The position numbers and the translations under genes are program-made. A stretch of DNA of 32,000 bases, from positions 60,001 through 92,000 of the forward strand of contig CP047921.1 of the NCBI GenBank assembly GCA_010202845.1. The letters run 5' to 3'. This document shows, one piece after another, positions 23,289 to 31,662 of the stretch (the first letter of the stretch is position 1; every line of letters starts with the position of its first letter). The stretch is from Candidatus Saccharibacteria bacterium oral taxon 488 (GTDB taxonomy: Bacteria; Patescibacteriota; Saccharimonadia; Saccharimonadales; Saccharimonadaceae). The notes beneath the pieces were generated by a model that was given only the letters and a program-made list of their open reading frames with translations, was not told the DNA's origin and searched no databases.

Positions 23289-25406
23289 ATGGCAATTATT
23301 AATCCAAGTGGTAAGGAGATTTTTAGCGTTACCACCGAGCTGTGCGGCCGACCGCTGACGCTGGAGGTCAACCGCGTCGGTTTTCGGACGACTGGCAGCG
23401 TGCTGGTGCGCTATGGCGATACAGTGGTACTGGGCAGTGCCCAGGTGGGCAGCCGGCCGGTGCAGCTGGATTATTTCCCGCTGTCGATTGATTATGAAGA
23501 AAAGTTTTATGCGGCGGGTAAAATTTCTGGCTCGCGGTTTATCAAACGCGAGGGCCGGCCGAGCGACGAGGCGGTGCTGATCGGTCGGTTGATTGACCGT
23601 CCGATTCGGCCGCTGTTTCCAAAGGGCTACCGTCAAGAGGTGCAAGTCGTGGCGACAGTGCTGAGCATGGATCCGGATTTCCGTCCGGATGTGGTGGCGA
23701 TGATTGCGGCGTCGAGCGCCTTGATGCTGACCGGCACGCCGTTTGACGGACCGGTGGCGGGCTTGCGGGTGGGCCGCGTGAATGGTGAGTTTAAGGCCTT
23801 TTTGACACCAGAGGAGCGTGAGCAATCTGATTTGGACCTGGTGGTGGCGGGTATCGAGAGCGGCATCACCATGGTGGAGGCTGGTGCTAAGGAAGTGTCA
23901 GAAGAGGTGATCGTCGACGCCATGGCCTGGGCGCACCAGATGATGCAGCCAGCGATTCAGTTGCAGCGCGAACTAGCTGCCAAAGTGGCGCCAGCCGCGC
24001 AAGAATATGAATTAGTCTTACCCGACGAAACAATTCAGCAGACGGCTGATGAGTGGGTTGATGGTAAATTGGGTGAGCAAATCCGCCGGCCGTATCCGGA
24101 GCGCAACGAAATGATTAGCAATATTCGTGCTGAATTTCATCAAGCGATGGCCGAAAAACTTGGCATAGGCGAAGAAGAATATAACGAAGTTCGCAATGAT
24201 TATGACGAGGCGTTCACGCTGGCATTGCACAAAGATGTTCGCCGCGGTATCGTCGAGGATAATATGCGTCCAGACGGCCGCAAACTAACTGAAATTCGCC
24301 CGTTAAGTTCAGAAGTTGGTTTGCTGCCACGAGCACACGGTTCAAGCTTGTTTACCCGCGGCGTGACGCAGGGTATGAATATTGTCACCTTGGCGCCGCT
24401 GAGTTACGCGCAGCTGGTTGATACTATGGAAGTTAACGACGGCGAGCGGCGCTACATGCATCATTACAATGCGCCGGGCTATACGGTTGGCGAGGTTAAG
24501 CGGATGGGCAGCCCGGGCCGGCGCGAAATTGGCCATGGCTACTTGGCGGAGCGAGCCTTGACGCCAGTGTTGCCGAGCGAAGAAGACTTCCCGTATGCCA
24601 TTCGCAGCGTTACCGAAATTATGAGCCAAAACGGTTCGACATCGATGGCAGCAACCTGTTCAAGTTGTCTGGCACTGATGGACGCTGGCGTGCCTCTCTC
24701 GGCGCCGGTTAGCGGCATTGCCATGGGCCTAATGATGGACGGTGATACGCCGTACGTACTGAGCGATATTGCCGATGCTGAGGATTTTGCCGGTGATATG
24801 GATTTCAAGGTGACCGGTACAGCCAAGGGTATCACGGCGCTGCAGATGGATATGAAAGTGCATGGCTTGCCGGTGGCAGTGCTGCGCCAAGCGATTGAAC
24901 AGAGCAAGGCGGGCCGGGCACATATTTTGCAGCATATGCTGAGTGTGCTGCCAGCGCCGCGCGAAGCACTTAGCCCGTACGCGCCGCGGATTGAAAAGCT
25001 AAAAATTGATCCAGATAAAATCGGCGCGGTCATCGGCAAGGGCGGCGAGGTGATTAACAAGATTACCAGCGAGACTGGTGCTGAGGTTGATATCAAGGAA
25101 GACGGCCTGATCACCATTGCCAGCCCGAACGGCGAATCAATTGAGAAGGCGCTTGCCTGGATTAAAAGCTTGGTCGAAGAGCCAGAAGTTGGCAAAATTT
25201 ACGAAGGCAAGGTCGTCAGTATCAAAGATTTCGGAGCGTTTGTAAATATTCTGCCAGGAGTTGACGGCATGGTACATATCTCGAAGTTGGCCGATCACCG
25301 CGTGGCTAAGGTGACTGATGTAGTCAAAGAAGGACAAACCGTTCGCGTGAAAATCACCGGTATCGATGAACGCGGTAAAATTAACTTGACGATGATCGGG
25401 TTATAA
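23289..25406 (+). CDS. pnp: Polyribonucleotide nucleotidyltransferase (PNPase)
   Basis: 705 aa. Two RNase PH-like domains (FPLSIDYEEKFYAAGKISGSRFIKREGRPS; HGSSLFTRG; MHHYNAPGY; GRREIGHG; SQNGSTSMA). KH domain (KIGAVIGKGGEVINKI). S1 domain (GKVVSIKDFGAFVNI). Confidence 0.97.
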   Translation: MAIINPSGKEIFSVTTELCGRPLTLEVNRVGFRTTGSVLVRYGDTVVLGSAQVGSRPVQLDYFPLSIDYEEKFYAAGKISGSRFIKREGRPSDEAVLIGRLIDRPIRPLFPKGYRQEVQVVATVLSMDPDFRPDVVAMIAASSALMLTGTPFDGPVAGLRVGRVNGEFKAFLTPEEREQSDLDLVVAGIESGITMVEAGAKEVSEEVIVDAMAWAHQMMQPAIQLQRELAAKVAPAAQEYELVLPDETIQQTADEWVDGKLGEQIRRPYPERNEMISNIRAEFHQAMAEKLGIGEEEYNEVRNDYDEAFTLALHKDVRRGIVEDNMRPDGRKLTEIRPLSSEVGLLPRAHGSSLFTRGVTQGMNIVTLAPLSYAQLVDTMEVNDGERRYMHHYNAPGYTVGEVKRMGSPGRREIGHGYLAERALTPVLPSEEDFPYAIRSVTEIMSQNGSTSMAATCSSCLALMDAGVPLSAPVSGIAMGLMMDGDTPYVLSDIADAEDFAGDMDFKVTGTAKGITALQMDMKVHGLPVAVLRQAIEQSKAGRAHILQHMLSVLPAPREALSPYAPRIEKLKIDPDKIGAVIGKGGEVINKITSETGAEVDIKEDGLITIASPNGESIEKALAWIKSLVEEPEVGKIYEGKVVSIKDFGAFVNILPGVDGMVHISKLADHRVAKVTDVVKEGQTVRVKITGIDERGKINLTMIGL

Positions 25407-25452
25407 CTTTTGCTTTTTAGCAAAATACGATACAATGAGAGTGTAAGAGTAA

Positions 25453-26343
25453 TTGAGGGGGATTATGGACGACAAGAATAATAAGAACGTACCACAACCG
25501 ACAGCAACATCGCCCGTGGCGACCGAGCAGACTGCTCCGGCGCCCTCGCAGCCAGTACCACCGGTGCCGCAGCCACAGCAGCCACTGCAGCAAGGTGTAC
25601 CGATACAGCCCAAGAAAGGGTTGAGCAAGGGTGCGCTATGGGGTATCATTGGCGGTTCAATAGGTTTGATAGTTATCGTGGTTGGCATTGTGCTGGCTGT
25701 TATATTCCTTGGTGGGCCATCAAAAGCCGACTACCAAGAAGCTGCTAAGACACTGAAGGAGTTTGACGGCAACAGCCTCAACTCGGCACTCAAGTCGTCG
25801 AATGCTGATAACGCAAAGAAGCTGATTGAAGAGGCGGTGGGACGTGCTGATTTGATGATGAAGAAGCTTGATTCATCGAAGATTATGCGCGACGAGGAGA
25901 CCAAAAAATCCTTTGGCGAGTACAAGACTGCCTATGAAAAGGTGCGCCCAAATATGCTTGCCATTGCCAGTCTGATAGGAGATATGAAAGACTTCTCCAA
26001 GAAGTGTTCACCAAGCTATTTTAGCTATATCGGTAAGCCAGCAGATGAAGTTAGGAAGCTCTACGATGAAAAAATGAGCGGCTGCTATCAGTTACTTGAT
26101 AACATTATCAAATCAGAGCAAAAAGAAGTGCAGGACTTTGGTAAGCAGATGAAAGAGTATTACAAGGCGTTAGGTGATTTCTTTGTAGCACGCGCCAATA
26201 AAGATTACAGTGTTCAGGCACCGCGCCTGTCGTCAGGCAGGTCAAACCCGCTATCCAATTTTGCCAAGAAAATCCAAGAATCAAATTTGCAGAAGCACGA
26301 GAAAGACTTCGTCAATCTGGTGAAAGAAAAAGCTGAAAAGTAA
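25453..26343 (+). CDS. Hypothetical single-pass membrane protein with a Pro/Gln-rich N-terminus
   Basis: 296 aa. GAGGGGG lies 4 nt upstream of the ATG. Pro/Gln-rich N-terminus, TM segment ALWGIIGGSIGLIVIVVGIVLAVIFLGG, then a ~210-aa Lys-rich helical ectodomain. Confidence 0.6.
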   Translation: MRGIMDDKNNKNVPQPTATSPVATEQTAPAPSQPVPPVPQPQQPLQQGVPIQPKKGLSKGALWGIIGGSIGLIVIVVGIVLAVIFLGGPSKADYQEAAKTLKEFDGNSLNSALKSSNADNAKKLIEEAVGRADLMMKKLDSSKIMRDEETKKSFGEYKTAYEKVRPNMLAIASLIGDMKDFSKKCSPSYFSYIGKPADEVRKLYDEKMSGCYQLLDNIIKSEQKEVQDFGKQMKEYYKALGDFFVARANKDYSVQAPRLSSGRSNPLSNFAKKIQESNLQKHEKDFVNLVKEKAEK

Positions 26344-26363
26344 TTTTCGCCTCAGCATCAAGC

Positions 26364-26393
26364 AAAACACCTCGCATAGTGACGAGGTGTTTT
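26364..26393 (+). terminator. Hairpin terminator whose 3' arm abuts the UDG -10 box
   Basis: AAAACACCTCG (26364-26374), loop CATAGTGA, CGAGGTGTTTT (26383-26393): a perfect 11-bp stem ending in TTTT. It is immediately followed by G-TATAAT (26395-26400), then 6 nt, then ATG 26407. Confidence 0.6.
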
Positions 26394-26406
26394 GTATAAT
26401 AGAAAT

Positions 26407-26985
26407 ATGGATGAGGTAGCGCAACTGGAGGTTTTGGCGGCAGAGATTATCGCTGGTGATGTTTGTCATGACTTGGCGCTACAGGCAACGCAGCTGGTGA
26501 TGGGCGACGGTCGAGCTGACGCGGACATTGTATTTATCGGTGAAGCGCCGGGAAAAAATGAAGACCTTCAGGGTAAACCATTCGTTGGGGCAGCTGGTAC
26601 ATTTCTTGACGAGATGTTAGCCGCAGCCCAGTTACGTCGTCAAGATGTCTATATCACCAATATCGTTAAATATCGGCCGCCAAACAATCGTGACCCGCTG
26701 CCGGAGGAGAAGCGCGCTTTTTGGCCGTATTTGATGCGCCAACTGCAAATTATTCAGCCAAAGGTAGTCATCACATTGGGTCGGCATAGCGGCACGGCAT
26801 TCATTCCTGACTTGGCGATTTCGCGTGATCATGGTAATCCGCGCTGGGCACAATTCAACGGTTTGAAGTTCTTGGTAATTCCGCTGTATCATCCGGCAGC
26901 AGCGCTGTATAACGGGGCATTGCGGCAGACGTTAATTGACGATTTTGTGCGGGCGGCGCAATTGGCCGCCCAGGCGAGCGCCTGA
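26407..26985 (+). CDS. Family 4 uracil-DNA glycosylase
   Basis: 192 aa counted from ATG 26407; the track ORF begins at TTG 26392, inside the -10 box. IVFIGEAPGKNEDLQGKPFVGAAG, YITNIVKYRPPNNRDP and HPAAALYN match family 4 (thermostable-type) UDG motifs. Confidence 0.85.
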   Translation: MDEVAQLEVLAAEIIAGDVCHDLALQATQLVMGDGRADADIVFIGEAPGKNEDLQGKPFVGAAGTFLDEMLAAAQLRRQDVYITNIVKYRPPNNRDPLPEEKRAFWPYLMRQLQIIQPKVVITLGRHSGTAFIPDLAISRDHGNPRWAQFNGLKFLVIPLYHPAAALYNGALRQTLIDDFVRAAQLAAQASA

Positions 26986-26992
26986 GCTATTT

Positions 26993-27022
26993 TTGACAAG
27001 AGCTGGCGCCCCGTGCTATAAT
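26993..27022 (+). promoter_or_regulatory. Promoter for RNase J, with a ~100-nt leader
   Basis: TTGACA (26993-26998), an 18-nt spacer ending in TGC, then TATAAT (27017-27022). The leader contains a 10-position stem (27037-27046 with 27067-27076; 9 pairs including one G-U). Confidence 0.5.
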
Positions 27023-27128
27023 GAACACAATTGTTAGGGGATAGATTTGTCGTACGTTGCCCCCGTGTCTATCACCTGTCATTCTAATTTTGCAAGGTAT
27101 TTATTTTTATAAAAGGAGAACAATACGC

Positions 27129-29297
27129 ATGGGCCAGAGACGACTTGCGACGCCGAAGGGCGATGATCAGTCAAAACGACCAGCTACAAAAAAAAGTAAC
27201 ACAGCGGTGATGAATAGTACCACCACTCGTAAGGGCGAAGTGTTTCGGGCGCAGCGGCGCACGAGTGAGAACGTTAATCTCAGGGCGTCGCAGCACGTGA
27301 TCGATATTCCGGTCAATAAATCAGTTTACAACGGCTATGGCGGCGAGCAATTTAGCGCCAAAATGCAGCCAAAACGCACTCGCGGTGGTAAGCCAAAGTT
27401 GAGGATCATCCCAATCGGCGGTGTCGGCGAAATGGGCATTGGTAAAAACATGAACGCCATTGAGTACGATGATGAAATTATTATTGTGGATATGGGCTTC
27501 CTGTTTCCGGGCAGCGACTATCCAGGAATCAACTACATCACGCCAGATATCACCTGGCTGGAAGAAAATAAGCACAAGATTAAGGCGCACGTGTTCACCC
27601 ATGGACACCTTGATCACATCGGCTCCTTCCGGCACTTTATTCACCGAATTCCAGCGCCGGTGTATGGGTCAAAGTTTACTATCGGTATGCTAGATAAGTC
27701 GATGGCTGACGCGGATACTGATTTCCAGCCAGACTTTCGAGTGATGGACCCATTGAGCCATGAAATTGTTCAAGTGTCGAAGCACTTTTCGGTAGAATTG
27801 GTGCGGGTGAATCACTCAATTCCAGATTCAACGGCGGTGATTATTCGAACCCCGCTGGGTGTGATTATTGACTCTGGCGACTGGCGATTTGAGGAAAGCC
27901 CGGTTGACGGTCAGAAATTTGACCTCAAGCGGATGACTGAAGTGGCGTCCAAAGAAGGCGTCTTGATGTTCATGAATGAATCGACCAACTGTGAGTCGGC
28001 CGGTACGCATACCCATACCGAGTTTGATATTCAATATTCTATCGGCCAGGTGATGGATAAATTCAGTAACAGCCGGGTGATTTTAAGCTGTTTCTCGTCG
28101 CAGGTGCACCGTTTGCAATTAATTTTAGAGGAAGCGCATAAGCACGGCCGCAAGGTGGCATTTGCCGGCTTTTCAATGATTCAGAACCTGGAAGTGGCGC
28201 TGCGCTCAGGAACCATTAAGATCCCGAAAAATACCGTCATGAAGATGGAAGATATCATCAAGCTGCCGGATAGCCAGATCACCGTGGTTTGTACCGGTTC
28301 GCAGGGTGAGTTTAATGCCGTGCTGAGCCGTATGGCGACTGGCGCGCATAAATACATGAAGATCAAAGGCTCTGACGTGGTGGTGTTTAGCTCCAATCCG
28401 ATTCCGGGCAATGAGAAAAACGTGGTGCGAACAGTGGACGGCTTAATGCGCGAGGGTTCTGATGTGATTCAGAACGGCAAGACGCACTTGACGGGGATTG
28501 GGCCGCTGCACTTATCGGGGCATGGTTATTACGATGATCACGTCAAGTTGATTAACGCGTTGAACCCAACATACTACATGCCAATTCACGGCGAATTTCA
28601 CATGTTGGTTTATAATGCTCGGTTGGCAGAAAAAGAGTGCGGTATTCCGCGGAAGAATATCTTTGTGTGCGACGCCGGCGATATTATTGAAATTGACGTT
28701 GAACGGCAAGCTAAGAAAGCCGGTCGAATTCAGGCTGGCGGTGTGATGTATGATGATACGGGCGCTATCGTTTCTGAGGTGGTATTGAAAGACCGGATTC
28801 ATATGTCTCAAGAGGGAATGTTTGTAGTAGTCCTGACGGTGCAGCGCGGTACAGGACGATTATTGACCAGTCCAGATATTATTTCTCGCGGCTTTATTTA
28901 TCTGCGTGATTCTGAGGAATTGATGAATATGATTCGCCAGTACTTGAAACAGAAGGCAGCACGCAGTTTCAGCGGTAAATATGACCTGGATGTTATCAAG
29001 AAAGAAATTAAGGACGAGGTCACGCATATTTTGTACGATCAGACGCGTCGGACACCAATTGTCATCCCAGTCATTAACGAGGTTGGCGGTCTAAAAACGG
29101 TAAAATCGACTACTACTTCGAGTACCTCTACTATAAAGACGCCGGTGCGCAGCAAAAAACCTACCGTTGCTTCAGCGGCGGAGCCGAAAATGACTTTGCC
29201 GACTATGCCGCGCCGCCGTTTCCCGCGCCGCCAGGTGCCAGACACCGAGGCGAATGACACCAAGGCTCGAGAGGTCGGCCGAGTGCGCGCGTACTAG
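27129..29297 (+). CDS. rnj: Ribonuclease J (metallo-beta-lactamase/beta-CASP) with basic N- and C-terminal extensions
   Basis: 722 aa counted from ATG 27129, with AAGGAG 10 nt upstream; the track ORF from 27057 is hydrophobic junk. LRIIPIGGVGEMGIGKNMNAIEYDDEIIIVDMG, HVFTHGHLDHIG, DSGDWRFE and YMPIHGEFHM are present. The ~85-aa N-terminal and ~70-aa C-terminal tails are rich in Lys/Arg/Thr. Confidence 0.9.
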   Translation: MGQRRLATPKGDDQSKRPATKKSNTAVMNSTTTRKGEVFRAQRRTSENVNLRASQHVIDIPVNKSVYNGYGGEQFSAKMQPKRTRGGKPKLRIIPIGGVGEMGIGKNMNAIEYDDEIIIVDMGFLFPGSDYPGINYITPDITWLEENKHKIKAHVFTHGHLDHIGSFRHFIHRIPAPVYGSKFTIGMLDKSMADADTDFQPDFRVMDPLSHEIVQVSKHFSVELVRVNHSIPDSTAVIIRTPLGVIIDSGDWRFEESPVDGQKFDLKRMTEVASKEGVLMFMNESTNCESAGTHTHTEFDIQYSIGQVMDKFSNSRVILSCFSSQVHRLQLILEEAHKHGRKVAFAGFSMIQNLEVALRSGTIKIPKNTVMKMEDIIKLPDSQITVVCTGSQGEFNAVLSRMATGAHKYMKIKGSDVVVFSSNPIPGNEKNVVRTVDGLMREGSDVIQNGKTHLTGIGPLHLSGHGYYDDHVKLINALNPTYYMPIHGEFHMLVYNARLAEKECGIPRKNIFVCDAGDIIEIDVERQAKKAGRIQAGGVMYDDTGAIVSEVVLKDRIHMSQEGMFVVVLTVQRGTGRLLTSPDIISRGFIYLRDSEELMNMIRQYLKQKAARSFSGKYDLDVIKKEIKDEVTHILYDQTRRTPIVIPVINEVGGLKTVKSTTTSSTSTIKTPVRSKKPTVASAAEPKMTLPTMPRRRFPRRQVPDTEANDTKAREVGRVRAY

Positions 29298-29348
29298 CCA
29301 CGCTTGCTATTTGTTGTAAAATATGCTACAATGTGAATGTCGGTAAAG

Positions 29349-29357
29349 TGATATAAT
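29349..29357 (+). promoter_or_regulatory. Extended -10 box upstream of ftsK
   Basis: TGA-TATAAT (29349-29357), then 10 nt (AAAAATAGTT) with no Shine-Dalgarno sequence, then ATG 29368. Confidence 0.45.
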
Positions 29358-29367
29358 AAAAATAGTT

Positions 29368-31587
29368 ATGCCAAAAAAACGAAAATCTACCCGCAAGAAA
29401 TCAGTTTCCACAGCTCCAAAGCATGATGTGCCGAGCGGCTTTTGGGCGCAAGTTGGCGCGGTACTGCTCGTTGTGTTGTCGCTTCTTCTGGTGGTGGCGT
29501 GGTTTGGCGTTGGTGGTCCGGTGCTGGGGTGGCTACACAAAGCGACTCTGAGCATGCTTGGGTATGCGATGTATGGGCTACCGATCTTGCTGATATATAT
29601 TGCTGTGGAGATTTTCCGCGCGGAGAATAATCGGTTACCGCTGGCGATGAAATTAGCAGCTATCCTCGAAGTAGTGTGGCTGTCAGGGCTGTTTGGTCTA
29701 GTAAAAACACCGGCCCGCCCGGAGGCTGGTGGTTTCATCGGCGATACGGCTAATCAAGCGATGAGTGCCATGGTCGACCCGGGCATCGCTGCTTTGATAT
29801 ATGTGGTGCTCATCATCATCACGGCGTTATTTATTACCCAGACGTCGCCGTTTACGGTGATTAAGAAAGTAGCCGAGGCGCTCAAGCGCGACCACTCTGA
29901 GGATGACAACAATGCGGCGGTGATGAAGAAGGCGGCTCGTGAAGATGTGGCCAGCGCCAAGTCATCGAGTAATATCAAGCTCAATGCCGGCGTCCCGACC
30001 GTTGATCCCGTCACACCAAAAGATAGAAGGACGTCACCGCTGAGCAGTCTGCGCGGTAGCGTGGCGCGGGATAAGGCAGCTGAGGAGCAAGCAGCACTAG
30101 TGGCGGCACACGACCCGAACTGGCAGGCGCCGAGCCTTGATCTGCTAGAGAAAAAGCAAAGTCCAGCTGACGCTGGTGATATTCGGCAGAATGCGCAGAT
30201 TATTCATGATACCCTGGCAGAGTTCAATATTGATGTGGAGATGGAAGACGCAAATATTGGGCCGAAAGTGACGCAGTATACCTTGCGACCGCCGAGTGGT
30301 GTGAAGTTGACACGCATCACGGCGCTGGAGACGAATATTGCTTTGAATTTGGCGGCGCAGAGCTTGCGGATTGAAGCGCCAATTCCTGGGCAAAAAGCCG
30401 TTGGTATTGAGGTGCCAAATCGCCGAGCGGCTGATGTGCGGCTGTATGGCGTTCTGGATTCTAAACAATGGAAGAATGCTCGTGAACCATTGAGCTTCGC
30501 TATCGGTAAAGATATTTCTGGTGAAGCAGTGGTCGGTGAACTGAATAAAATGCCACATATGTTGATCGCTGGACAGACTGGTTCTGGTAAGTCGGTAATG
30601 ATTAACACCTTGCTGACGAGTTTGCTATATCGCAACAGTCCAAGCGATATGAAGTTGATTTTGGTTGACCCGAAGCAGGTGGAAATGGCACCGTACGAAG
30701 ACATCCCACATTTGCTGACCCCGGTGATTACTGAGCCAGAAAAGACTATTTCGGCCTTGAAATGGGCGGTCAATGAGATGGAGCGGCGCTATAAATTACT
30801 GGCGGCCGAGAAGATTCGCGATATTAAAGGGTATAATCAACGGCTAGCTACGCGAGCTAAAAAAATCCCGGTAGCGGACGCCGATGGCAACATTCAACAG
30901 CACGAAGACGGAGCGATGCCGTACATCGTTATCGTAATTGACGAGCTAGCCGATTTGATGATGGTGGCGGCACGCGACGTTGAGGCGCTGATCGTTCGCT
31001 TGGCGCAGAAAGCGCGGGCGGTGGGTATCCACCTGGTCTTGGCAACGCAGCGGCCGAGCGTTGACGTGATTACTGGTTTGATCAAGGCGAACGTGCCGGC
31101 GCGTATCGGCTTTACCGTGGCGTCGCAGGTTGACTCGCGGACCATTCTTGATCAAATTGGGGCTGAGAAGCTGCTTGGTCAGGGTGATATGCTGCTGTAT
31201 ACGCCGAGTATGAGCAAGCCAAAGCGCATTCAAGGTGCGTGGGTGACCGATGATGAGGTCAATAAAATTACTGACCATTTGCGGATGCAGTCAGCACCGC
31301 AGTACAATGATGAGGTGGTGGCGCAGCCGGTACAATTAAATGGCAAGGGCGGCCTGGCGGTTGATTTTGGCGGTGGCGGTGAAGACGAAGCATTTATGGA
31401 CGCGGTGCGAGTAGTGATTGAGGGCGGCAAGGCCTCTACCAGCTATCTGCAACGGCGGCTACGGATTGGCTACGGCAAGGCAGCGCGACTGATTGAAGAG
31501 ATGGAAGAGCGTGGCATTGTCGGCCCAGCGAACGGCTCAAAAGCTCGTGATGTTTTGGTCTCAAGTGTCGATGAGCTAGGGCAATAG
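29368..31587 (+). CDS. ftsK: DNA translocase FtsK/SpoIIIE
   Basis: 739 aa. N-terminal TM helices and a linker. Motor domain with Walker A AGQTGSGKS and Walker B IVIVIDELADLM. C-terminal gamma winged helix (STSYLQRRLRIGYGKAARLIEEMEERGIVGP). Confidence 0.95.
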   Translation: MPKKRKSTRKKSVSTAPKHDVPSGFWAQVGAVLLVVLSLLLVVAWFGVGGPVLGWLHKATLSMLGYAMYGLPILLIYIAVEIFRAENNRLPLAMKLAAILEVVWLSGLFGLVKTPARPEAGGFIGDTANQAMSAMVDPGIAALIYVVLIIITALFITQTSPFTVIKKVAEALKRDHSEDDNNAAVMKKAAREDVASAKSSSNIKLNAGVPTVDPVTPKDRRTSPLSSLRGSVARDKAAEEQAALVAAHDPNWQAPSLDLLEKKQSPADAGDIRQNAQIIHDTLAEFNIDVEMEDANIGPKVTQYTLRPPSGVKLTRITALETNIALNLAAQSLRIEAPIPGQKAVGIEVPNRRAADVRLYGVLDSKQWKNAREPLSFAIGKDISGEAVVGELNKMPHMLIAGQTGSGKSVMINTLLTSLLYRNSPSDMKLILVDPKQVEMAPYEDIPHLLTPVITEPEKTISALKWAVNEMERRYKLLAAEKIRDIKGYNQRLATRAKKIPVADADGNIQQHEDGAMPYIVIVIDELADLMMVAARDVEALIVRLAQKARAVGIHLVLATQRPSVDVITGLIKANVPARIGFTVASQVDSRTILDQIGAEKLLGQGDMLLYTPSMSKPKRIQGAWVTDDEVNKITDHLRMQSAPQYNDEVVAQPVQLNGKGGLAVDFGGGGEDEAFMDAVRVVIEGGKASTSYLQRRLRIGYGKAARLIEEMEERGIVGPANGSKARDVLVSSVDELGQ

Positions 31588-31592
31588 CTAGC

Positions 31593-31620
31593 TTGACATA
31601 ATTATTTTATAGGTTATAAT
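31593..31620 (+). promoter_or_regulatory. Consensus promoter for the last (partial) gene
   Basis: TTGACA (31593-31598), a 16-nt spacer, then TATAAT (31615-31620). Confidence 0.55.
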
Positions 31621-31662
31621 ACGCTAAGTGAGAAGTTGATTTGTATGTGGAAGGATGGCTAC

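Noticed and set aside
25401-25688. Cys/Gly-rich 95-aa minus-strand ORF (CCSGCCGCGTGGTGC) that looks like a small Cys-rich peptide
   Set aside because: It is the antisense reading of the Pro/Gln-rich (CCA/CAG-rich) N-terminus of the 25453-26343 membrane protein. It overlaps the pnp stop and has no start signals.
27057-27128. Track start (TTG) of the RNase J ORF, adding 24 hydrophobic residues
   Set aside because: That start lies within the predicted leader hairpin and has no ribosome-binding site. ATG 27129 follows AAGGAG, and the remaining N-terminus is the expected basic region.
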